A DNA stretch of 64,000 bases from positions 2,234 to 66,233 of the forward strand of contig CAYNFQ010000002.1 in assembly GCA_964396715.1 (NCBI GenBank). Direction: 5' to 3'. The translations under genes were made by a program, and so were the position numbers. A model generated the notes under the pieces. The model was not told the DNA's origin, made no database searches, and saw only the letters and a list, made by a program, of their open reading frames with translations. Shown piece by piece: positions 28,201-36,376 of the stretch. Numbering within the stretch: position 1 is the first letter of the stretch; every line of letters begins with the position of its first letter. The DNA comes from an uncultured Gammaproteobacteria bacterium (lineage in GTDB: Bacteria; Patescibacteriota; Microgenomatia; Daviesbacterales; UBA10151).

Positions 28201-29448
28201 AATGATGTCAGACCTGTTAGGAATAATTTTATCAGTAACTATAAATCATCCAGAGAGATATTTGCTAATCCAACAGCCATGAGAGAAGCCAAAAAAGGCA
28301 GACAGCCTTTCATAAAGAATATTCTGGAAAGGTTAGACCGTTCCGGCAGGGGTCAATTTACGGCCCTGGATAGGGCAAAGATAGATGGGAAGCCTTTAGA
28401 TGGGAAGCCTTTAGATGGGAAGCCTTTAGATAAAGTACCGGACGAAAGATTAAAAGAGATTTTTGAAGATGCAATCACGGATTCTTTTGTATTCCATATT
28501 ACTGCCAGGCAATTAGCTCTCTGGGAGGCAACCTTGGAATCTTCTGTGGATGCTCAAGATAATATTGTTTACACAGATAAATTTTCCACTGGCCGGATTT
28601 ACTATGGTAGTCAGGATATCCCCTGGGGAGTTAAGAGACTGCAATATCTGCCGGAATACTGGATGACTAATAAAAGGGAAAGAATAGGCAGGGCATGGAA
28701 ACTTTTGCCATTTGTCCCTCTTTTGAAATCCGGTCTTGCCCAGGAATGTGACGCAGAAAATCTGCCGGATCTGATTCTTAATGTTAATAAAGAACATATT
28801 GATGAGCCGGGACTTAAACAAATAGCAGCAGGTTATAAAGATGCGCAGGGTTGGAGACAGCGGGGGGAGACATCAGTGGATGAACAAAGAGGGGAAACAA
28901 ATTGGGCCTGGTGGGATAAGCTGACAGTAGATGCAGCTCAGATTCTTAAAACTTTACCACAATTAGACTTTCCTCCACAATCTAAAAATGATGCTACAAA
29001 ATTAGGCATATTTGATTATATTATTGATGTACCTAACCCAGAAGAATTTATGAAGAATCATCCAATCCCGTTTGCTTCTAGAAAGGTGCTTGTTGATACA
29101 GCTAGGGAAATACTTAAAAGAGAAGCACCATTAAATGTTTTCCTGGAGGCTCAACTGGGTTATAACCGGAGCGCAGGAGGTTCCGGAATAGGCCTTGAAA
29201 TGGGTGAGAGATGGCATTACAGGATATTAAACTGGTGGTTATCAGAAGTACCAGGTGATATAGATAATAAAAGAGGCACGGAAGGAGGATTAGAAGTTAA
29301 CAGTGATGCTGCAATATTCCTAAAGTTTATTACTATCAAAAATAGCTGGTCAGCAGGTGTATCTATTTTAGACGAGGCATGGAGGCAGGCGCGGGGTACT
29401 CGTGATGCCGGTGCTTCTGATAAATTGCCGCAGGAAATTATTACTTAA
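25273..29448 (+). CDS. giant hypothetical protein (1391 aa), K/E-rich, predicted alpha-helical/coiled-coil, no signal peptide
   Basis: Uninterrupted 4.2-kb ORF with AGGGAAAAATATG RBS. Contains a (DGKPL)x3 15-bp tandem repeat at 28384-28428. No catalytic motif recognised. Confidence 0.6.
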   Translation: MAERLSMAEATSGPGPEATPPVGEGQAVPQSSGELSPQRPWHISKEFDPKRTDYTSREEGNWNIFVDPKTNKEVARAIKMSGGADKEDGEYYDGSQEKPKEWWPFTEDEWKNLDIKDRIVEAAVLAMRHYYDMDNVDRAAKEKEFSMAYQDFSEYALGKKLYDGKDTRVIALELELVSFDKTEIEKYKADPEKQGQIEEALNNLDALEHEQAGIQNAWKDYGITDQNKNDDQLRPPHVAQDEWKKYLEGKDEIKTRLEAAKQALVALTSQEFFNKREKIKIEVGDKVKELKEEMEKKEKEAKKEGVRVDAEQWEIDAYKLEKELERSLLQGTEVSSDPDKSDADVPVEEILRFIKEEGEKPVAEQYTTGLERAKKVLEWNFHEARKLGILEDLEERFEERYKELATAVFSKSRTDQGDTEIETRRGPRNLTIAEIKETLAREADERNPNSLSNTAESDTFWKYLVRDGLVPGDRVNHFKGIRKAFVDGTYDQIYDSLSNLYNRYRADELRGKLQQQLDRDVITQQQYDRRINEINNPRNIQRISGEWDVRKYERDIMAGLDNEERAEAGRLFYIDRYYLTLTGTTEAQIEQGVNNYLTSILEGAHVYDVQTIMQKMQYLSQAIMSKKDVLMQSGMSATDAQAALTRINILAENRGEFYVMNFSAQNLLMDEYFIPLYDKWGGVKGIEKLKESLDMNDGLIAPCMLLFLDKKNRLLFQPAGFKGQGMKNIWAQRTLRDKIKGQIAEELVNFQAKKANSTELMEQATWQDFLRMKFEKRWDKKDEQDNKIFFKPKEETDAAKKAYQAEYMRVKTAAKPEDLESLKRLREEYTKQKNRYDRLLDRAKSAVETTWQVFNIFGESARLGAPSIIMRNGDHISIEDATYFYKFVLLDAMKKSGDTPAMMRWRAYQWVKNHRQSEKNPVIKDGVTTYELVAGLEDTGITKGEYDEFLKAVKELRLNGYKAAFREYSFEEIISRNDVRPVRNNFISNYKSSREIFANPTAMREAKKGRQPFIKNILERLDRSGRGQFTALDRAKIDGKPLDGKPLDGKPLDKVPDERLKEIFEDAITDSFVFHITARQLALWEATLESSVDAQDNIVYTDKFSTGRIYYGSQDIPWGVKRLQYLPEYWMTNKRERIGRAWKLLPFVPLLKSGLAQECDAENLPDLILNVNKEHIDEPGLKQIAAGYKDAQGWRQRGETSVDEQRGETNWAWWDKLTVDAAQILKTLPQLDFPPQSKNDATKLGIFDYIIDVPNPEEFMKNHPIPFASRKVLVDTAREILKREAPLNVFLEAQLGYNRSAGGSGIGLEMGERWHYRILNWWLSEVPGDIDNKRGTEGGLEVNSDAAIFLKFITIKNSWSAGVSILDEAWRQARGTRDAGASDKLPQEIIT
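28384..28428 (+). repeat. 15-bp in-frame tandem repeat x3 (DGKPL) within the 1391-aa ORF
   Basis: GATGGGAAGCCTTTA x3. Confidence 0.85.
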
Positions 29449-31252
29449 TTAATCCTGGTCTTCTTGGCCACGAAAAACCACCTTTCCATCCAACGAAATT
29501 GCCCGCTTTATCAAGTACTTGAGTATGTTGAGGGTTCCAAATAGGTCCTGATGTTTCTCCAAAAAGCGCTTTATTCCATCCGCCTAATTGTCCGCCTACG
29601 GCGCCTCGTCCTTGAGCAAAATATCCCTGACCGCTTCTGATACCTCCGGAAATTTCCTGACCAAGCAACTGTCCTGCCTGGCCCATTTTCCCAATAGCGC
29701 TAACAACGATATCCGGAATTTTAGGTAATGCCACCAATGCCCCGAAAGCCAAAAGAATTTTAATAAACTCCAAATCCATGCCACCCAAAAGAGGAAAGGT
29801 TGTGTTGCCTACAATTTGTATTGGTTCCGCAGCCAAAGCAACAGGCATAAAATTGTTGCCTGCAGGACTTACTGCATCAGTAACAACTTTAAGCGGTCCA
29901 AAATCCTTCCCCAAAATAAATGCTATAAAATAAAAGACAGCCAAGACTGCGGGAAAGATTAAAATATTACCCAGCATATTTAATACCCAGTTAGTGGCAA
30001 TTCCTTGTCTGCCGGGCAGGGAAGCAGCCAGAAATTGAAAGGGAGCGCTGATTGTTAGGAAAATAATGGTCAGATAAGCGGTGATTAAACGCAGGAGCAG
30101 TTTGAGCATAGCGTATATTAGCGCAATCATAGCAATGAAACTTAATATAAATCCTAACCAAAATTGAGTAGTGGCAGCTACGATACCTCCGGCTACTGCG
30201 GTTATTAGCGGACCCAGCCACAGCCCCAAAGGGGGAGGAATAGCCGATGTTAAGGGACTGACAAATTGAGCGGCGATAAAGCCTGTAAAAAGCCTTAGCC
30301 ATCCCTGGACCTCTCCGCTTAGTTTATCAAATATAGCTATCACTGCATTTTCTGCTTTTTCTTGGGTAACTATGCTCACAAATTCACTAAAAATACTTAA
30401 AACACTATCGCCTGATATTTGCTGTACCAAGTTTGTTCTTTGCGGGTCATCTAATTTTCCTTGAGCTGCTGCAAAATAATAGCCGACTGCGTTAGTACCA
30501 ATAAAAGCAGTATCAGAAATAAATCCTGCCAAAAAGTAGGAAAAAGTAATTAAAATTAAACCAATAACTAACCCAGGTAGTGCTGCCTGGGCTGTGATGA
30601 CTGTCTGTGGGTTAATCCTTTGCCGAAACATCACCATCAGCCCGATTATGACAAAAATTATTATCATCACCAGATAAGAAATATTTCTGGAAACCTGCCA
30701 GAGGGATAAAATTGGACTTAAGACACTGGCCCCTGATCCACCTACTTGAGCCCGGGCCTCTTTTACAACTCCCAGGCCTTCTCCCAAAGATGCCAGGTAA
30801 TCTGCTGTTCTGATAGGAGGGTTTGCATAAAGTCCTGCTATAAGGCCTGTGGTGGTCCCTAAAAGCCCTCCTGAAAGATTAGCTGAGGAAAGCACCGGAA
30901 TGGACTGAATTGCTCCCTGGGCATTCTGGGTCAGCTGATAAGTTAGACAGGGTTGGCCGATTACTGATGAACCAATAGAAAGACAGGAAAAGGTATGGAA
31001 TATGTTATGCACCAGAAGGTCTGTGTATAAAGGGGAGGTGGGGGGGATGGTAGGTGGTAGTGAGTAGGTTGTAGGTTGTAGGGAAGAAGGAGAAGGAGTA
31101 GAAGTTTGGGCAAAAACAGGAGTGGTGAATAATGTCAAAATCAAAATGACAAATAACAAATGAATGACAAAGCCAAAATGACAAATAACAAATTTTTTGA
31201 AATTTAGATTTGATTTGACATTTGACATTTGAGCTTTGAGTTTTCCAACCAT
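29441..31252 (-). CDS. VirB6/TrbL-like polytopic membrane protein (putative T4SS channel component) with Gly-rich C-terminus
   Basis: Signal peptide followed by at least six TM helices and large loops; location next to the pilin and VirB4 loci. The first approximately 20 codons are encoded by AAATGTCAAAT-type repeats, so the real start may be internal. Confidence 0.4.
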   Translation of the reverse strand: MVGKLKAQMSNVKSNLNFKKFVICHFGFVIHLLFVILILTLFTTPVFAQTSTPSPSSLQPTTYSLPPTIPPTSPLYTDLLVHNIFHTFSCLSIGSSVIGQPCLTYQLTQNAQGAIQSIPVLSSANLSGGLLGTTTGLIAGLYANPPIRTADYLASLGEGLGVVKEARAQVGGSGASVLSPILSLWQVSRNISYLVMIIIFVIIGLMVMFRQRINPQTVITAQAALPGLVIGLILITFSYFLAGFISDTAFIGTNAVGYYFAAAQGKLDDPQRTNLVQQISGDSVLSIFSEFVSIVTQEKAENAVIAIFDKLSGEVQGWLRLFTGFIAAQFVSPLTSAIPPPLGLWLGPLITAVAGGIVAATTQFWLGFILSFIAMIALIYAMLKLLLRLITAYLTIIFLTISAPFQFLAASLPGRQGIATNWVLNMLGNILIFPAVLAVFYFIAFILGKDFGPLKVVTDAVSPAGNNFMPVALAAEPIQIVGNTTFPLLGGMDLEFIKILLAFGALVALPKIPDIVVSAIGKMGQAGQLLGQEISGGIRSGQGYFAQGRGAVGGQLGGWNKALFGETSGPIWNPQHTQVLDKAGNFVGWKGGFSWPRRPGLIK

Positions 31253-31295
31253 ACTTTAACATTAAAACAAAGTGGCTATCTTTGCAACTCTCTTG

Positions 31296-31676
31296 TTATA
31301 CAAATTCCAAATCTTTAATTCCCTGAAAATCTTTTTTATTTAAAGTGGCAAAAGAGGCTTTGTTAATGATGGCTGTGGCGGCAATAGCCGCATCTGCAAG
31401 ATCTAACCTAGAGATACTGTCTCTGGCAATTTCGCCTGCAAGTTTGGCTACTTCATATGTATAGGATAGAATCTTAAACAAGGAAATTGTATTTATCAGT
31501 TTTTTGTGACGTACTTCATCTTTAATGCTTTTCCCTTCATAAAGTTCTTGGATAGTGATTATAGAAATTGTCAGGTTTTTTTGTGGGTACTTATTGGCAA
31601 GCTTTCTTAAATGTGTTAGTTTATCATCCGGCTGACGTAAATGATCAATAATAATGCTGGTATCTACGATTACCAT
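31296..31676 (-). CDS. vapC: PIN-domain toxin VapC
   Basis: IVDTSIIID...D...ATAI PIN acidic residue pattern; overlaps the upstream antitoxin. Confidence 0.7.
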   Translation of the reverse strand: MVIVDTSIIIDHLRQPDDKLTHLRKLANKYPQKNLTISIITIQELYEGKSIKDEVRHKKLINTISLFKILSYTYEVAKLAGEIARDSISRLDLADAAIAATAIINKASFATLNKKDFQGIKDLEFV

Positions 31677-31975
31677 GCCTTTTTTCTTTCTCTGGATGCT
31701 TTAAGCTCAATTTTCCTTCTTCTTTTTTCTGTTTCAGGCCAGTCATCTCCTGCCCAGGCTCCTTGTGTGCTTTTCAGAATTTCAAGGAAAACTTCTCTCT
31801 TATTGCTTTTTTCTTCCTCAGTCACCACCTCATTTACCGGGTACATATGTATTCCGCCATTGCTGACGATCACATTTAAAAGTTGACCTGCAGAAATATT
31901 TAAATCATCCCTGATTTTTTTAGGAATGACAATCTGACCTTTTATGTTTGGGGTGACTATTGTGCCAATATTCAT
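31670..31975 (-). CDS. vapB: AbrB/MazE/SpoVT-type antitoxin VapB
   Basis: KGQIVIPKKIRDDLNISAGQLL swapped-hairpin motif. Confidence 0.6.
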   Translation of the reverse strand: MNIGTIVTPNIKGQIVIPKKIRDDLNISAGQLLNVIVSNGGIHMYPVNEVVTEEEKSNKREVFLEILKSTQGAWAGDDWPETEKRRRKIELKASRERKKAW

Positions 31976-32082
31976 AAGTCATTATGAATACAAGATTTTC
32001 TTATATTCATACTGGTAATATTTTACTACTTTCGTTAGAAAATAGCAAGCTTTGCTTATTACTTTTACCACAATTTGTCAAC

Positions 32083-32181
32083 CTATTGCGGCAAAATTTT
32101 AATGTTAAAGGTAGTTACATCTATTCCGGTAAAGGCTTTTATAAGTTGTAAAATCAGCCAGGCCAGGGCCATAAAGACCAT
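32083..32181 (-). pseudogene. C-terminal remnant of a VirB2/TrbC-like pilin paralog
   Basis: Encodes MVFMALAWLILQLIKAFTGIDVTTFNIKILPQ*. About 94% DNA identity over 68 bp with the 3' end of pilin gene 33970..34290. Confidence 0.5.
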
Positions 32182-32187
32182 AGGCGG

Positions 32188-33960
32188 TTAGCGGCGGAAT
32201 GGGTTGGGGGCGTTTCGACTTTGCTCAGATCCTATAAACTCACAGCCCTGTATGGGAAAAGGTTTTGTAGTTTTGAGTGCACCATCTGTAAGCGTCACTA
32301 CCGCTTCGGTAAAGTCTAGTACCTCTCCTTCTACGAGATTGTAGCCCCCACGGCCTACTCCGATATCCCCCCTACCCTGTGATCCTAGAGACTGAATGAA
32401 AACCCATGTGGCTAGTGGAGGGAAAATGCTCTCTCGTGGCTCTCTCGTACGTCCTACGATACCTTTTCCTGGAACGAGTTCGCCGGTGTATGACCATGAT
32501 ATTCTTGATGATCTTTCGTCTCCACGATCGACTCTTTTGTATATTCCATTAAACTCTGCAGTGAACCTTAGGTAGTCGCCTCCCGTATATTGCGTTGATA
32601 CCTCACATATCATTATGCCTTTCTCGAACGACGCTTTGCCAGTGGTAGCAATCATGATAGTTTTCCACCAGATTTCTGGATTTTTAATACTCTGTCCGTC
32701 GACTGTGTATATCTCAACACCGGTTTTTTGGACAAAGTCGATATTTACTTCCCCTGTTTGATACCGGCCTCGGAAAATGGTATCTGGTGGGAATCGCCGT
32801 AGGTTTTCAGCTGATGAGCGGGTGCACCATTCTGTATTGTCCGCTGTCGGGTCGCAGTACTTACTAAGGCCAATCTTGACTACTGTATCTTCAAAAGGTG
32901 AAACTGTAAATTCCTCAGGACGATATTGGAAGGTAGGTTGAGGTTTTAGGCGCACTGCTACCTTGTGGGGTTGTGGAGTGTTATTTTCTAATGTAATAGG
33001 CCACCAATATTCTGCCTGATCCTCTCCCCGTATACCTACCTGTTTAATAGCTACTGCAAGTTTGGCTTCTACCCCCAAAACAGCCCCCTTATCCAAATCA
33101 TTCCTTATTCCCCCACAAGCCTTTATAGAATCTTCATTAGGCCCGCATCTTCTTTTATCAGCAGTTCTGACTAAATTATCAGGGCCGATTAATGTACCAT
33201 CTTTATTTGTTGGGCTGGCTTTGATCTGTCCCTGGGGAAACTTTATTCCATCAGCAGGCAGAAATTTCCCATCCTTTTTGGCATACCAATGAAGATGAAT
33301 ACCAGAGGTATCTCCTCCAGATGGTTTTTCACAAGAAGGATTGCCCAACCTTTCCCCCTGTTTCACTTCTTGACCAACGTTTACTAACATGTTGGCAAGA
33401 TGCATATAACCGGTTCTTAAGCCTTGGCCGTGATCTATCTCCACAAGGCTGTGATTTTTATCAGTGGGATCTTTTTCATTTCCCACAACAGCTATCTTTC
33501 CAGAGGCTGATGCTTCCACAAACCTATTTTCCACAGGTTTACCACCAGGACAAGCCACCACCTCTGGTTGAGCAAAATCCAAAGCAGCGCGTACCCCGTT
33601 GGTTGAACCATCCGAGTGAGGACCAGCACTTAAATACCACAAGCCACTGAAAGGATAATCAAAACTGATTTCGCTTCTTGATTCAGCTGACTGGGCAGAT
33701 ACATTTGGCTGTGAGGGGGGCTTGGCTTCAGGGCCACAGGCAGCAGCTAGCAGACTCAAAGATGTTACACCTACAGCGTAAAGTGTTTTGACAGGTCTTG
33801 GTAAGATTTTTAACCAAGCTCTATGTCCTGGTTTAGGATCAGCAAGAGGGAGATCAACAATTCTTGCAACAGAGGCTATTCTTGCTTGTTCAAGTAACAT
33901 TTTTCTTGCTTGACTACCTTGTTCAAGTCTTTGGAAGATATTAGGCCCAAATTCTTTCAT
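32188..33960 (-). CDS. secreted/lipoprotein M23 (LytM) family metallopeptidase with large C-terminal domain of unknown function
   Basis: Lipobox-like LLAAAC; M23 motifs HGQGLRTGYMHL...GIHLHW. Confidence 0.7.
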   Translation of the reverse strand: MKEFGPNIFQRLEQGSQARKMLLEQARIASVARIVDLPLADPKPGHRAWLKILPRPVKTLYAVGVTSLSLLAAACGPEAKPPSQPNVSAQSAESRSEISFDYPFSGLWYLSAGPHSDGSTNGVRAALDFAQPEVVACPGGKPVENRFVEASASGKIAVVGNEKDPTDKNHSLVEIDHGQGLRTGYMHLANMLVNVGQEVKQGERLGNPSCEKPSGGDTSGIHLHWYAKKDGKFLPADGIKFPQGQIKASPTNKDGTLIGPDNLVRTADKRRCGPNEDSIKACGGIRNDLDKGAVLGVEAKLAVAIKQVGIRGEDQAEYWWPITLENNTPQPHKVAVRLKPQPTFQYRPEEFTVSPFEDTVVKIGLSKYCDPTADNTEWCTRSSAENLRRFPPDTIFRGRYQTGEVNIDFVQKTGVEIYTVDGQSIKNPEIWWKTIMIATTGKASFEKGIMICEVSTQYTGGDYLRFTAEFNGIYKRVDRGDERSSRISWSYTGELVPGKGIVGRTREPRESIFPPLATWVFIQSLGSQGRGDIGVGRGGYNLVEGEVLDFTEAVVTLTDGALKTTKPFPIQGCEFIGSEQSRNAPNPFRR

Positions 33961-33969
33961 AGTTAATCT

Positions 33970-34290
33970 TTAAGGTTGGCATATATTTTTTCCATTAGGA
34001 AGGACACACAAAGTTTTTATATCAAAAAAAGTTACATCTATTCCGGTAAAGGCTTTTATAAGTTGCAGTATCAGCCAGGCCAGGGCCATAAAAACCATTC
34101 CCAGAAGGGCCCAGGTGACTGTCTGGTGGGCTGCTGATACTGCCTTGGGTTCCCCTCCGGACATTAAATACTTAAAACCCGCCCAAATAAGCATAACCAA
34201 AAGGACAATAAATCCTAAGCCAACTATTACAGAAACCACGCTACTAAACACTTGTTCGATTTGTTCTAAGCCGGCTGGAGGTGGACCCAT
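33970..34290 (-). CDS. VirB2/TrbC-like T4SS pilin paralog 1
   Basis: Hydrophobic N-terminal helix, W.GFKYLMSGGEPKA...ALLGMVFMALAWLI two-helix pilin signature shared by five neighbouring genes. Confidence 0.55.
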   Translation of the reverse strand: MGPPPAGLEQIEQVFSSVVSVIVGLGFIVLLVMLIWAGFKYLMSGGEPKAVSAAHQTVTWALLGMVFMALAWLILQLIKAFTGIDVTFFDIKTLCVLPNGKNICQP

Positions 34291-34332
34291 ACTTTTAACT
34301 TAGCATGAAGAAGGACTAAAGATCAAATAGTG

Positions 34333-34746
34333 CTAGGGGGTCGGGGTCTTGAATTCCGCTGGGGTCGGGATAGGTAACGTGGTGAGGTCGGTAAATCCTA
34401 AAATTTGTGCTCCCACTCTCGCCAAAGCAAAGGCCACAGCCAAAACAGCCAGGCCGATTAAGGCGTTAATAATCCTGTTTCGCGCCTTTCCAACAGCTTC
34501 CTTATCCCCGCCTGAGACAATCCACTCAAACGCCCCCCAAATCAGCATCACCAAAACTACCAGCAGGGCAACAGCAAAAGAAATAGAAACAATGTTGGTC
34601 ACAAAGTCGCCAATCTGTTTATAGCCTTGGGGAGGAGGACTGATGGTGATGTCTGCTGCTGCCAGAGCTTGAACAGGCTGAAGTAAAGAGGCAATTGATG
34701 CACCGATAAAGGTAATTTTTTTCATTACTGACTTAACTATATCCAA
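34333..34746 (-). CDS. VirB2/TrbC-like T4SS pilin paralog 2
   Basis: Signal peptide with AAADI cleavage region; WGAFEWIVSGGDKEAVGKARNRIINALIGLAVLAVAFAL. Confidence 0.55.
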   Translation of the reverse strand: MDIVKSVMKKITFIGASIASLLQPVQALAAADITISPPPQGYKQIGDFVTNIVSISFAVALLVVLVMLIWGAFEWIVSGGDKEAVGKARNRIINALIGLAVLAVAFALARVGAQILGFTDLTTLPIPTPAEFKTPTP

Positions 34747-34779
34747 ATAATAACTGATTTGTCAAGAGGGGCAAAAATG

Positions 34780-35115
34780 TTACTGCTGCTGGTCGACAAA
34801 AAATGTGAATCCAGTAAATTGTCCCAAAACTTGGATTACCGCAAAAGCCACGGCAAAAAGCAGTATGCCGATGATGGCATTAATTATTTTTCTTTTGGCA
34901 GACTCCAGCTTTTCCTTATCCCCCTCAGATGTCAGCCAGTCCCATGCCCCCCAAAGCAGCATCAAGATTAAAACCACAGCTGCCAGAGAATAAATTAAGG
35001 CAATCAGGTTGTTTAAAAATTTAGAAATCCCCTCAGCCCCAAAACCAAATCTTTGAATTTCGGGAGGAGGACTAATAGTGCCAAAAGTATCTTTTATATC
35101 AGCAATAAGTTTCAT
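34780..35115 (-). CDS. VirB2/TrbC-like T4SS pilin paralog 3
   Basis: WGAWDWLTSEGDKEKLESAKRKIINAIIGILLFAVAFAV. Confidence 0.55.
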   Translation of the reverse strand: MKLIADIKDTFGTISPPPEIQRFGFGAEGISKFLNNLIALIYSLAAVVLILMLLWGAWDWLTSEGDKEKLESAKRKIINAIIGILLFAVAFAVIQVLGQFTGFTFFVDQQQ

Positions 35116-35546
35116 CCGATTATTTTTAAATCACTAATATTAAGTAGTCTTGCCAATAAAAACTGTAATATTAAAAATGCAAACATCAGTATTATAAACC
35201 CTACTATAGCATGGGTGATCATCTGTCTTGCCGAATCCATATCTTCTTTATTCCCTCCGGCCTTTAAAAACCTGAATGCTCCCAGCAGGAAATAAAGTAT
35301 TACCAAAAATGCGGCTACTTGAAATAAAGGCTTGACTAGCCTGGAGGTTCCACAACCTAAAGAGGTTATATCTCCAAAACCAAATTTAGAACCAATATCA
35401 ACCCCCTTTGCAGTTGTAGAGGCTGTATTTACCTCACTCTTGCATGGATCTTGTTCTTGGTCCGCGGCAAAGACAGGAGTAACAAGCAGTAGATAACTTG
35501 TAAGCAAAACTGTAAACTGTAAACTGTAAACTGTAACCTTTCTCAA
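35112..35546 (-). CDS. VirB2/TrbC-like T4SS pilin paralog 4
   Basis: Same signature (GAFRFLKAGGNKEDMDSARQMITHAIVGFIILMFAF). Probable TTG start at 35546 after a GGAGG RBS. The ORF track's ATG at 35639 would overlap the upstream gene by 97 bp. The signal peptide contains an (AAACTGT)x4 tandem repeat. Confidence 0.45.
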   Translation of the reverse strand: MRKVTVYSLQFTVLLTSYLLLVTPVFAADQEQDPCKSEVNTASTTAKGVDIGSKFGFGDITSLGCGTSRLVKPLFQVAAFLVILYFLLGAFRFLKAGGNKEDMDSARQMITHAIVGFIILMFAFLILQFLLARLLNISDLKIIG

Positions 35547-35875
35547 AATGGCGAGCCTCCTTTTGGTGGTAATATTTGAGCAGCAAAGGTGGCAATCAGG
35601 TAGGCTGTCAGTATCACCATCAGTCCGATTATGGCCCATTTAATTCTTTCTCTGGCTTTGGCCAGCTCTTCTTTTTTGCCTGAGGCTAAAATGTACTGGA
35701 ACGCCCCCCAAAGCAGCCAGTAAAAAGCCATAAAGATGGCAATATAAAAAGCAATATTTAAAAGACCGGATAAAACATCAGCCAGTTTAGCATTTTCGAA
35801 TTTAAAATTAAGGGCTTTTAAGCCGGAATCTTTTAGTAAATCGTTTAACATAAGTTTAGTAATGCCAAAGCTCAA
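35543..35875 (-). CDS. VirB2/TrbC-like T4SS pilin paralog 5
   Basis: WGAFQYILASGKKEELAKARERIKWAIIGLMVILTAYLI. Confidence 0.55.
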   Translation of the reverse strand: MSFGITKLMLNDLLKDSGLKALNFKFENAKLADVLSGLLNIAFYIAIFMAFYWLLWGAFQYILASGKKEELAKARERIKWAIIGLMVILTAYLIATFAAQILPPKGGSPF

Positions 35876-35977
35876 AGTCCAAATGTCAAATGAATTTCAA
35901 AGCCTAAATGACAAATTTTTTGTCTTTGGCATTTAGATTTGATTTGTCATTTGTAATTTGGATTTTGACATTTTACT

Positions 35978-36376
35978 TTACTTTCTGATAATTGCCGAAA
36001 AAATTAAAGTCAATTCCTGAGCTTCTTGCCAATGCTTCCTTGCTTCCGGTGCAAGGTTTGGTACAGCTTTTGCCACCATCCTGAGCCAATGTTTGGTTTC
36101 CTTGGCTTCTTTTTTACAAATGCCTATTTTATGTTTGAAGTCTTTTTTGCTTTCCGCCCCGTCTGCTTCGCAATAGTTAGCTCCTATACTGGTGCCTGAT
36201 CGGACTAGTTGGCTGATAACAGGCAGTGTTACGGGATTTTGCGGTATTTTTTTAGCAAACTCCAGAGTCTTTTCCCCAAACTTGGCAGTCCTTTCCTCAA
36301 GATCATATTTCTTTTTAGTATTTGGATTTTGACCTTCATTTGTAATTTGAAATTTGTAATTTGACATTGTCATCAT
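35978..36376 (-). CDS. four-helix-bundle protein of the 23S rRNA intervening-sequence family, copy 2, embedded in the pilin operon
   Basis: GTSIGANYCEADGAESKKDFKHKIGICKKEAKETKHWL motif. ATGA overlap with the upstream pilin-adhesin gene. N-terminus is encoded by AAATGTCAAAT repeats. Confidence 0.7.
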   Translation of the reverse strand: MMTMSNYKFQITNEGQNPNTKKKYDLEERTAKFGEKTLEFAKKIPQNPVTLPVISQLVRSGTSIGANYCEADGAESKKDFKHKIGICKKEAKETKHWLRMVAKAVPNLAPEARKHWQEAQELTLIFSAIIRK

